Shown here: one piece after another, positions 9,831 through 18,814 of the stretch
Layout of the letters: every line of letters starts with the position of its first letter
Numbering within the stretch: position 1 is the first letter of the stretch
Source of the DNA: an uncultured bacterium
GTDB taxonomy: Bacteria; Latescibacterota; UBA2968
DNA: 33,155 bases
Direction: 5' to 3'
Assembly: GCA_964471275.1 (NCBI GenBank)
Contig: CAYYGZ010000016.1
Location: 1 to 33,155 of the forward strand
Notes under the pieces: generated by a model
Told to the model about the DNA's origin: nothing
What the model saw: only the letters and a program-made list of their open reading frames with translations
Database searches by the model: none
Program-made: the position numbers and the translations under genes

Positions 9831-11054
9831 ATGCCACAATACAATGATATCCAGATCCTCCGAGATCTGGCCGAGCGGTATGTCGAAATCTGCACACATC
9901 CCGTGCAGCAGGAACGCCGTGCCCTCTGGCGCCGCCAGAACAGTCTCCAACAGACACGCCCCCTGATTTACGTCCGCGCCTTTGCCTGGCAGGAAATGCC
10001 GGAATCCGTCTGCCTGTCCGAAGACCCGCTCTTCAGAAAGATCGAGAACTTCTTCCGCAACCATCTCTTTTGGAACGACCTCCAGGACGACTCGATCTTC
10101 GAGCCGTGGGTGACGGTACGTGCGAGTTATGCCTGCAGCGGATGGGGTCTCTCGGGAAAACGCAATTTCAGTGACGAGATCGGCGGGTCTTACAAGGAGG
10201 ATTATCCGATCCGTGATCTTGAAGATGCGGACCGAATCACGTCTGCCTGGCACGAGATCGATGAGCCCGCGACGATGGCGAGAGTGGCACGCGTGTCCGA
10301 TGCGATCGGCGATCTCATACCCATAAACGTCGACCGGGCTCCCGCCTACAGGATGTGGTCCGCAGATCTCTCCACCGATCTGGGCCACCTGCGCGGCATC
10401 GAGCACTTCATGCTCGATATGTCGGACAACCCCGAATGGCTCCATCGCTTGATGGGTCGGATGAGCGACAGCGTGCTCCGCACACACGACGAAGCAGAAG
10501 CTGCCGGCGATTGGGGCCTGGGCGCACACCAGAACCAGGCCATGCCCTACGCGGAAGAGCTGACGGATCCGGCCGCAAACCAGAACGGTGTCCCGCGCGA
10601 TCAGCTCTGGTGCTTCATGGCCGCCCAGGAATTCACGGGTGTTTCACCCGCGATGCACGATGAGTTTCTCCTCCAGTATCAGATCCCGATCCTCGAGAAA
10701 TTTGGCCTGACGGCCTACGGCTGCTGCGAAGACCTGACCAACAAGATCGAAATGCTCCGCCAGATCCCGAATCTTCGCCGGATCGGGGTTTCCCCCTTTG
10801 CAGATGCGGCCCGATGCGCGGAACAGATCGGAAAGGACTACGTACTCAGCTATCGACCCAGCCCGGCGGATATGGTCGGATATGGCTTTGATGAGGACCG
10901 CATTCGCACCATCCTCGTGCGCGACCTGACGGCCTGCAAAGACTGCCACGTCGACATCACGCTCAAGGATGTCGAAACGGTTGGCGGGGATCCGAATCGC
11001 GTCAGGGATTGGGTGACTCTGACACGCAGGGTCATCAATGAGGTGTTTGGGTAG
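9831..11054 (+). CDS. URO-D/methyltransferase-like TIM-barrel protein, copy 5 (long divergent subfamily)
   Basis: ILRDLAERY..RRALWRRQNSL..RPLI, LRGIEHFMLDM, AQEFTGVSPAMHDEF, YGCCEDL, IPNLRRIGVSP, LKDVET; alternative TTG start at 9801. Confidence 0.78.
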   Translation: MPQYNDIQILRDLAERYVEICTHPVQQERRALWRRQNSLQQTRPLIYVRAFAWQEMPESVCLSEDPLFRKIENFFRNHLFWNDLQDDSIFEPWVTVRASYACSGWGLSGKRNFSDEIGGSYKEDYPIRDLEDADRITSAWHEIDEPATMARVARVSDAIGDLIPINVDRAPAYRMWSADLSTDLGHLRGIEHFMLDMSDNPEWLHRLMGRMSDSVLRTHDEAEAAGDWGLGAHQNQAMPYAEELTDPAANQNGVPRDQLWCFMAAQEFTGVSPAMHDEFLLQYQIPILEKFGLTAYGCCEDLTNKIEMLRQIPNLRRIGVSPFADAARCAEQIGKDYVLSYRPSPADMVGYGFDEDRIRTILVRDLTACKDCHVDITLKDVETVGGDPNRVRDWVTLTRRVINEVFG

Positions 11055-11101
11055 CGGAGTCGTGCGAATCGAAAGCTGTTCGTTTCATCGGACCGACACC
11101 T

Positions 11102-11127
11102 CCCTTCGACACCGCTCAGGACAGGCT
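11102..11127 (+). repeat. REP-like short element CCCTTCGACACCGCTCAGGACAGGCT
   Basis: Intergenic; same CCTTCGA-N-CTCAGG core as the 2415-2501 element and the inverted copy at 24556-24573. Confidence 0.55.
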
Positions 11128-11322
11128 CACGCGCGTTTGGTGTGACGGTGTCTTGAGGCCGTGCAATCAGAATTCATACATAGATCAGCCTGAGATCGCC
11201 AACATCGGAACAGGACCCTTTCTGCGCCACGCTGACTTCTTCGCGGACGGACCAATCACTTTGGGAGGCGGTAAACGCAATCTGGATTTTCACACCATCG
11301 TTGACGACATTGGTAATGATCG

Positions 11323-12756
11323 TTGTCCCCATGCATTCGACAATCGAGGCACAATCTGGACTCGCGACCCAACTTTCTCGTCATTATGACCGATCAGCAG
11401 CGCGGCGACTGCCTGAGCTCGGCCGGCCACCCGTGTCTGCTGACGCCAAACATAGATGCGATTGGGGGAGCAGGGGTCAGATTTTCCCGCGCTTATTCAA
11501 CGTGCCCCGTGTGCGTCCCGGCCAGACGGTCGTTCCTATCCGGGCAGCACCCCTCGACTCACGGGGTCTATAACAACAGCAGTGTCGAATGGTCGGGACC
11601 GTCTCTGCCGGGTCTCCTGCGGGATGCTGGCTACCAGACGGAGTGGGTTGGCCGAGGCATGCACCAGACCCCGCCGGACAAACGCTACGGGTTCGACCAC
11701 ACGGTCTACAAGGACCACCGGGTCGAGGACGACTACGATTCGTTTATCCGGGGAAACGAGCCTGATGGCGCGGGTGGTTACTACGGAACCGGTGTCATGC
11801 ACAACGACTGGACCGCTCGCCCTTGGCACATGGATGAGTCGCTTCACGCCACAAACTGGGCGATCAACGAAGCATTGCGGTTTCTGGACCGTCGCGACAC
11901 GTCGTGCCCATTCTTCCTCGTGACGTCCATTCTCGCCCCACACCCCCCTCTAGTTCCGCCAGCATTCTACCTGGACAGGTATCTCCGTCAGGAATTGCCA
12001 CCGCCCGTAATCGGCGACTGGGCCTCCCCGCCCGCCAGAGGAGAGATGGACGTCAGCGCTGATCGCGTGGATCTCCAGGGCGAATTGCTTCGGTCCGCCC
12101 GAGCCGGATACTTCGGGTTGATCAATCACGTCGACGACCAGATCCGCCGGCTCCTCAACCCGGTCGATGGCATCCACCAACGAACCAGCCAGAACACAAT
12201 CGTGATCTACCTCTCCGACCACGGCGAGATGCTTGGCGACCACTATCGCTGGCGGAAGTCACTGCCCTACGAAGGGTCTGCACACATACCTTTCGCGATC
12301 CAGGCACCCGACCGGTTTGGCCTGCTGGCCGGCGAGGTCAACGACACTCCCGTCTGTATCGAGGACCTGATGCCGACAGTCCTGGACATGGCGGATGTAG
12401 CCTGTCCGGACGGTGTTGATGGCAAGACCCTCCTGCCACTCCTGCGCGGCGACGCCGTTCTGGACCGCCGGTATCTGCACATTGAGACCGCGCCGACTTA
12501 CCAGTGTCTTACCGACGGTAAGGAGAAGTTCATCTGGTATGTGGCGGACGGCCGCGAGGAATTTTTTGACCTGATCAGCGACCCTCACGAAGAACAGAAC
12601 CGCATCGATTCTGCCGATTATCAGGACCGAATCGTCTGGTGGAGATCAGAGCTTGTAACGGTACTCTCCGGAAGAACCGAGGGATTTACCGATGGACGCG
12701 CCCTGATTCAGGGACAACCGTATCTAGGTCTTGCCGAATGGGTGCGCGATAGATAG
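11323..12756 (+). CDS. Formylglycine-dependent sulfatase (S1, CxPxR)
   Basis: RPNFLVIMTDQQRGD, CVPARRSFLSG, PHPP, SDHGEMLGDH, KSLPYEGSAHIP, FDLISDPHE; start uncertain (TTG 11323, or CTG 11356 after GAGG). Confidence 0.92.
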   Translation: MSPCIRQSRHNLDSRPNFLVIMTDQQRGDCLSSAGHPCLLTPNIDAIGGAGVRFSRAYSTCPVCVPARRSFLSGQHPSTHGVYNNSSVEWSGPSLPGLLRDAGYQTEWVGRGMHQTPPDKRYGFDHTVYKDHRVEDDYDSFIRGNEPDGAGGYYGTGVMHNDWTARPWHMDESLHATNWAINEALRFLDRRDTSCPFFLVTSILAPHPPLVPPAFYLDRYLRQELPPPVIGDWASPPARGEMDVSADRVDLQGELLRSARAGYFGLINHVDDQIRRLLNPVDGIHQRTSQNTIVIYLSDHGEMLGDHYRWRKSLPYEGSAHIPFAIQAPDRFGLLAGEVNDTPVCIEDLMPTVLDMADVACPDGVDGKTLLPLLRGDAVLDRRYLHIETAPTYQCLTDGKEKFIWYVADGREEFFDLISDPHEEQNRIDSADYQDRIVWWRSELVTVLSGRTEGFTDGRALIQGQPYLGLAEWVRDR

Positions 12757-12816
12757 CCGTCTCCTGCCGTTTCGGTGACCTGGCATGGCAATGACTCAAC
12801 CTGCCCGGAGATCTAA

Positions 12817-13869
12817 ATGAGAAAGACACGGATCGGAATCATCGGATGCGGCGGGATGGCGCGTTCGCACGCCTCCAGATTCGAAGACGTGCTCGACCGC
12901 ATCGAGATCACCGCGGTCGTCGATGCCGACCACGAAAGAGCGCAGGGCGTCTCCGAACTGCTTAACGGCGTCCCTGTAGCCGAAACAGATTACAGAAACA
13001 TCTATGATCTCGTCGATGCCGTCCTGGTCGTCGTTCCCCACCACCTGCATCACGCTGTGTCGATGGACTGCCTCCGGGCCGGCAAACACGTACTTGTCGA
13101 GAAGCCCATGGCACTCACCGAGTCGGAGTGTGTAGAGATGATCGTCGAGTCGAAGAAACAGGATCGCGTCCTGATGGTCGCATACTGTATGCGGTTTCAT
13201 CCACTCGTCGTGAAGATGAAGGAACTCCTGGACTCGAAGGCCTACGGCGAGGTGTTCCAGCTGTCGATATGGACCGAACAGTTGACGGAGAGAGATGCCG
13301 GGCACTGGTCACGAAGTGCTGCCACGCTGGGTGGCGGCCAGTTTTTCAGCCACGGCTGCCATTACATCGATCTGCTGCTCTGGATGCTTGGCAGGCCCGT
13401 TCGCGGCAACCACTACGGGACAAACAGGGGTACTCCTTGGATGGAGCGGGAGGGTACTAGCAACGTCACGATTGAATTCGAAAACGGCGTGCTCGGATAT
13501 CACTTCGGGACGTGGGGGGCCCGTGGCACGCGGCTCAAGTACTCGTTCCACGCACACTGTGAAAACGGAATGCTCGAAATCGCTCTGCGTGAAGGACAGT
13601 TGATCGCGCATACACGGGCCGAAGAGCACGACTCAGGGAAGCTGGTCGCACGACAGCAGGAGGAGGTCCTGCTCGAGGTCGAGCACGCGAAACATACGGA
13701 ACTCGAAATGGCGCACTTCATCGACTGTATCGAGCGCGGGGAACGTCCACTGACGGATGGGCCCGGAAGTCTGGAAGGCCTCCAGGTGATCTGGAAACTC
13801 TATGAAGCAGAAGAGAACAATGCGGTTGCAGATCTGAGTGATCTGGGGCTCGGTACCTGGACAGAGTAG
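12817..13869 (+). CDS. Gfo/Idh/MocA family NAD(P)-dependent oxidoreductase
   Basis: IGIIGCGGMA Rossmann motif, AGKHVLVEKPMA, GGGQFFSHGCHYIDL; GGAG RBS. Confidence 0.93.
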   Translation: MRKTRIGIIGCGGMARSHASRFEDVLDRIEITAVVDADHERAQGVSELLNGVPVAETDYRNIYDLVDAVLVVVPHHLHHAVSMDCLRAGKHVLVEKPMALTESECVEMIVESKKQDRVLMVAYCMRFHPLVVKMKELLDSKAYGEVFQLSIWTEQLTERDAGHWSRSAATLGGGQFFSHGCHYIDLLLWMLGRPVRGNHYGTNRGTPWMEREGTSNVTIEFENGVLGYHFGTWGARGTRLKYSFHAHCENGMLEIALREGQLIAHTRAEEHDSGKLVARQQEEVLLEVEHAKHTELEMAHFIDCIERGERPLTDGPGSLEGLQVIWKLYEAEENNAVADLSDLGLGTWTE

Positions 13870-13899
13870 GCCTGTGTCTTGCCTCCAGCATCCTTCAGG

Positions 13900-15980
13900 T
13901 TACTGCGCAGTGGATTTCACAACATCAAGGATCGCATCCCCGTACTTGGCAACCTTCACGGGGCCGATGCCGTGTGTGAGTGTCAGATCGCCTGTGCTTT
14001 CGGGCCGCATCGCCGCGACCTCACGAAGCGTCCGGTCACTTCCGATCACGTAGGGAGGCACGTGTTCCTTGCGGGCCATCTCGACACGCCACGCGCGAAG
14101 CGCCTCAAACAGGCTGCGTCCGCTCTCGTCCAGGTCGATCTCGACAGATGAACGGCTTCTGCTCTTGCTTCGCGACGCTGTACCCTTCACGCGTATCGTC
14201 TTGAGGGGTGGGAGCAGTAGACGGACAGGACGCCTCTCGTGGATTACGTCCTGTCCCTCTTCGGTCAAAACCACGACCGGCCGCTGACCTCCCTGGAAGT
14301 CGACCCAACCGGCGGTCACACACCGGCGCAGAAGCGTAAGCAACCACTCCTCACTATACGCTTCCAGCGTCCCAAAAGTGGGTGTCTGTGCGAGCCCCGA
14401 CCAATTAAGTCGGTCGTCCTCTGCGCCCCTCAGAAGCTTTGCCGCCGCCTGTATACCAAACTTGCCGTGCACACGCGCGACGCCACACAACGCCTTTCGC
14501 ACGACCGTGCTGACTTCCTCGTCATCCGCGGACTCGGCTCCGGTCATATCGAGACAGACATCGCACCGTCCGCATCCGGAGAGCGTTTCCTCCTCGTCAC
14601 CAAAGTAACGCAGGATCGCATCGTGCCGGCAGCTTCCACCTTCCGACCAGCGCATCAGCTCGAGAAAGAGATTCCATTTGTGACGTACGGTATTCTCGTC
14701 TGCCCGGCGACCGTCCACATCGCTCTCGATCAGGTGCCGTCTTAGCGCCATATCACCCGGAGAGACCAGCAGCAGACAGGCTGCATCCTCGCCATCGCGT
14801 CCCGCTCTGCCGGCCTCTTGGTAGTAGGCCTCCACGGAACTCGGGGGTGCGAGATGTGCGATACAACGCACGTCGTGTCGATCGATTCCCATCCCGAAGG
14901 CATTCGTGGCGACAACGACTTCCACCTTTCCGTTCGCAAACGCTGTCTGCACACGATCCCGCTCGCTCGGTTCTATGCCGGCGTGGTAGGATTCTGCTCG
15001 CCATCCGGCCCGGGCCAGTCTTTCCGCTTCCGATTCGGTTCGCTTCCGGGTGGGGCTGTAGACGATCGCTGATCCCTTCCCGCCTCCGGGACTGTGCAGA
15101 AACTCACGCAGAAGCAGATCGACGTGCGTGGTTCCCTCTGCACGGCTCTGGATTTCACGGACACGAAGCTCCAGGTTCGGACGGGCAAAGCCCTTCACGA
15201 GTTGGGGCGTGCCGACAGGCAATCCCAATCGCTCGAGGATCTCATCGCGCACGATCGGTGTTGCCGTGGCCGTGCAGGCAAGCACACGAGCACCGGGGAG
15301 ATCCTGAATCAGCTCGCCGATCCGCATGTAGTCCGGGCGGAAATCGTGGCCGCACGGACGAGGGGGCATGCGATTACTCGCGGCACCTTCCAGAAGTTCC
15401 CCGGCTCCAGCTATTGCAAGCGCTGACGCTCCACACTGACGTCACGCCGGGGGAGGCGGCGGAGGTGGGACTGTGTATGCCANNNNNNNNNNATGTAGTC
15501 CGGGCGAAAATCGTGGCCCCACTCACTGATGCAGTGGGCCTCGTCGATCGCGACCAACGGGCAATTGAGACGGCTGATCATCCCGCGAAATCCGTCGAAA
15601 TTGAGACGCTCGGGCGCGACATAGATCAGCTTGTACGCGCCTCGAGAGGCTTCGGACATCCGTTTTCGCATTTCGTTGGAATCGAGGGTACCGGCTAGAT
15701 AGGTCGATGGTACGCCTCGTTCATCCAAAGCGAGCACCTGGTCATGCATCAGGGCAATCAGCGGAGAAACGACGAGGGTGGTACCCGGTAGGATTGCGGC
15801 AGGAAGCTGATATGTCAGACTCTTGCCACCGCCGGTCGGGGCGACGAGCAGGAGCCGGCCTTCTGAGAGCAATGTCTCCACGGCCTCACGCTGACCGGGC
15901 CGGAAGGACGTGAAGCCAAGTCTTTCCAGACCCGCACCCAGATCCAAATCTGCGGGTTGCGCTTCAACAAGCAAAGACAT
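13900..15980 (-). CDS. recQ: ATP-dependent DNA helicase RecQ (split at assembly gap)
   Basis: FRPGQ, APTGGGKSLTYQLPA, SPLIALM, DEAHCISEWGHDFRPDY, TATAT, VVATNAFGMGID, YYQEAGRAGRDG, RQC Zn Cys (CRH..CGRCDVC), HRDC tail; two ORF pieces flank the N gap. Confidence 0.92.
15483..15492. other. Scaffold gap (10 N) with a duplicated 26-nt overlap
   Basis: atgtagtccgggcggaaatcgtggcc (15326-15351) recurs at 15493-15518 with one synonymous mismatch. Confidence 0.95.
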
Positions 15981-16078
15981 TGAGATCGATCGATAGGAGT
16001 TGTGGTAGGAACAACGCTACGCCCTCAAACATAGTCCAAATCTACAGATCACAAAGCAGGACACCGGATCTCGGCACG

Positions 16079-17197
16079 CTATCGATCGTATCGGCAGTGG
16101 TCCTGAACGGCCTTCATGAACCATCGCATACGGCCGACACCTGTCCCCCCTGCGAGCGAACCGGCCGTGGTCACGTTCAGTCCGCCTCCCGCACCGGCCT
16201 TCTCGAAATCTGAAATAGTCCGAGCTTCGATCTCTTTCGGCCCATCGTTCCTGAGCAGAAATGGTGGCATGTGACCATCGATCCGGGCATCCGGCATCTT
16301 CTCACGAATCAGGCCCACGTCGACCTCTGGACCGTAGTTCACGCCCTTCATCCCGAGCTCAAGCTGTTGCTCGAGCAGGTGCCCCATCGCGCTGTCCGAG
16401 TGCTGGTGCCGAAACGCGTCGCCCGGCGCAAGCGCATCCATGACGGTCTGGAGGACGGGGAAGCAAAACTCACGATAGAGATCGGGACTGAAGAGCGCGC
16501 AGTTGTCATCGGTAATACGCCAGCCGGGCTGGTCGTTCCCGCTGAAGCGCCTCAGTATCCTATTGAATGCGACCATCTTCTCGGCCAGAATGTCCCTAAA
16601 CCGGGCCATCAGATCCGGATGATCGATCGCCCAGAACAGCGTACACTCCGTTCCCAGCACCGACATCATGACCGTCGCGGGGCCTCGACTCCCGCCCCCA
16701 AGCCGCGGTAGTCGTTTCCCTGCGATCTTCCGCGCCTCCCATTCGGATCGATACACCTCGGGTAGACTCCAAACCTCCAGATCGGTCTTCTCTACGTTGT
16801 CCAGGATACGAGCAAACTCATCCGGATCCTCGGTGACCTCGGTCAACCAGGGTGTCCCCCCTTCGTGATAGGCGAACTCGCTCCCAAAAAGATTCTCGAT
16901 GCGGCGGGGGCTCGTTGCCCACGTATCCTCGTCGAAGAACACACGACCAACGTGTTCGAGTGTCATAGCGTTGGCCTGGCGGTGTAAGTCATCCCGGTAG
17001 GCTTTGTCTTTGTAGTACCGGACCGTGGACGAGACATCAAGAAACTCGAAGAGCCAGTGATCATCGGGCGAAAAGGATGCCGAGCACCGGGGTTTGTCGG
17101 TCGTATAATCGCCGCACAGCGCGTTCTCTGCCCAGAAGGTCTCGACATCCAGATCCTTCGTCAGTTCAAAGAACGCTTCTTCTGCAATCGCTCCCAT
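16079..17197 (-). CDS. URO-D/methyltransferase-like TIM-barrel protein, copy 6
   Basis: ATG 17197 after GAGGAG; RGPATV, TDDNCALFSPDLYREFC, HQHSDSAMGHL, VNYGP, IDGHMPPFLL, TAGSL. Confidence 0.8.
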   Translation of the reverse strand: MGAIAEEAFFELTKDLDVETFWAENALCGDYTTDKPRCSASFSPDDHWLFEFLDVSSTVRYYKDKAYRDDLHRQANAMTLEHVGRVFFDEDTWATSPRRIENLFGSEFAYHEGGTPWLTEVTEDPDEFARILDNVEKTDLEVWSLPEVYRSEWEARKIAGKRLPRLGGGSRGPATVMMSVLGTECTLFWAIDHPDLMARFRDILAEKMVAFNRILRRFSGNDQPGWRITDDNCALFSPDLYREFCFPVLQTVMDALAPGDAFRHQHSDSAMGHLLEQQLELGMKGVNYGPEVDVGLIREKMPDARIDGHMPPFLLRNDGPKEIEARTISDFEKAGAGGGLNVTTAGSLAGGTGVGRMRWFMKAVQDHCRYDR

Positions 17198-17241
17198 GAT
17201 CACTCCTCACGTTATTCGCAACAGACATGCTTTAGGTCGGT

Positions 17242-18732
17242 CTACAGATAATCGATCTGCTTGGGACTCGTCGAATTTCTACCGTGCAGCTTCCGGCAAT
17301 CCTCCGTGGGCCAGCGCATCTGATACTGCTTCTGTCGATTCCTCTTGTAGCCGGCGTTGTAGTAGTTGCTGGTCACCATCCACTCCAGCATCCGAATCAG
17401 GAGTGCTTCCTTGATTCTCGCGTGCTCCGTGCTATCCCACCGATTCCACAGCTCATCGCCATCTTCAGCAAGGTCATAGAGCTCACCCTCCTCTTGACCG
17501 GAATAGTATACAAGCTTGTGCGTACCCGTTCGCATCATGATCTGATAGTTGTCCTCACACACGACAAACTCCCGGGGAGCAATATCTTGCCCGTCGAGAT
17601 ACGGCAATAGCGACCGCCCCTCGAAATAGGTTGGGATATCGGCCCCTGCCGCTTCCAGGATGGTCGGCCCAAGATCCATCAACGACACGAGATCATCAGT
17701 CGATGACGCATTCTTCTCTGCCCCGGGCTGCCAGACGATCAGGGGAATGTGGGTGATAGAGTCATACATCAACCACTTGTACGCCAGTCCGTGATCCCCC
17801 AGCATCTCACCGTGATCCGAGCAGAATATGATCAGACTGTTCTCCAACCAGCCCTTCTCTTCCAGGGCCTCCAGTACATTCCCAACCATCTCATCAACCG
17901 TCGTGATCTTCGCATAGTAGTGACGACGCATCATATCGATGTCATCGTCGGTCGCGCCGCGTAGATCGATCTTGGCCTCGCCACCGGCGTCAGCAAAGGC
18001 CTCGAGATGTGCCTGATGCTGCGGCGGCTTTTCTGCCAGTTCACCTTCTCGTATAACGCGCTTGGGCAACGTGATCCCATCATACAGATCCAGGTGTCTC
18101 TGGAGCGGATCCCACGGCTCATGCGGTCCCGTCAACCCCACTTCCAAAAAGACCGGCCTGTCACCGTGATGATCGCGAATCCACGAAACAGCCGAATCGC
18201 CGATAAACACATCGCTGTGATACTTCTCCTCCAGATGCCAAGGAACACTCTGATACTTCGACATCCACTCCGGGTCCGTATCCTGCCGATAGTTCGGACG
18301 CACCTGACCGTTCAGGCTGAGAAAACGTCCCCAGTCGTCATCCGCGTTACCGTTGTCGCGGGCCGTACTTGTTGGATTTTCCACGATCACGCGCTCGTGG
18401 AAACCACCGGAAATATCCCTCGGAGTGAAGTGCATCTTCCCGATGTTCGCGCAGAAGTATCCACTGTCGGCCAGATCCTGGACCCAGTTCCGGTGATTTC
18501 CCCAAGGGTCGAAGCTGTATACGCCGGTCGTATGCGGATACATTCCCGTAAAGATCGCGGCCCTCGACGCGACACACGTCGCTCCCGGGCAATAGGCCTG
18601 CTGGAATGATATCCCTTCCCTGGCAAGGCGATCCATGTTCGGCGTGATCATGTGCTTGTTCCCCCAGGCACCGATCGTGTCAGATCGCTGTTGGTCCGTC
18701 AAGATCAGGATAATGTGTGGCCTGTCAGCCAT
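17242..18732 (-). CDS. Formylglycine-dependent sulfatase with CxAxR motif
   Basis: RPHIILILTDQQRSD, CVASRAAIFTGMYPH, GKMH, PHEPWD, SDHGEMLGDH, YDLAED; ATG 18732 after GAAGGG. Confidence 0.92.
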   Translation of the reverse strand: MADRPHIILILTDQQRSDTIGAWGNKHMITPNMDRLAREGISFQQAYCPGATCVASRAAIFTGMYPHTTGVYSFDPWGNHRNWVQDLADSGYFCANIGKMHFTPRDISGGFHERVIVENPTSTARDNGNADDDWGRFLSLNGQVRPNYRQDTDPEWMSKYQSVPWHLEEKYHSDVFIGDSAVSWIRDHHGDRPVFLEVGLTGPHEPWDPLQRHLDLYDGITLPKRVIREGELAEKPPQHQAHLEAFADAGGEAKIDLRGATDDDIDMMRRHYYAKITTVDEMVGNVLEALEEKGWLENSLIIFCSDHGEMLGDHGLAYKWLMYDSITHIPLIVWQPGAEKNASSTDDLVSLMDLGPTILEAAGADIPTYFEGRSLLPYLDGQDIAPREFVVCEDNYQIMMRTGTHKLVYYSGQEEGELYDLAEDGDELWNRWDSTEHARIKEALLIRMLEWMVTSNYYNAGYKRNRQKQYQMRWPTEDCRKLHGRNSTSPKQIDYL

Positions 18733-18814
18733 GCGGTTCCCTTCGGTGGTTGACGTCTGCAGATGATCGATGACTGCTGTATAACGAACCATTGAGACAC
18801 TGCCTGTGCTCTCT

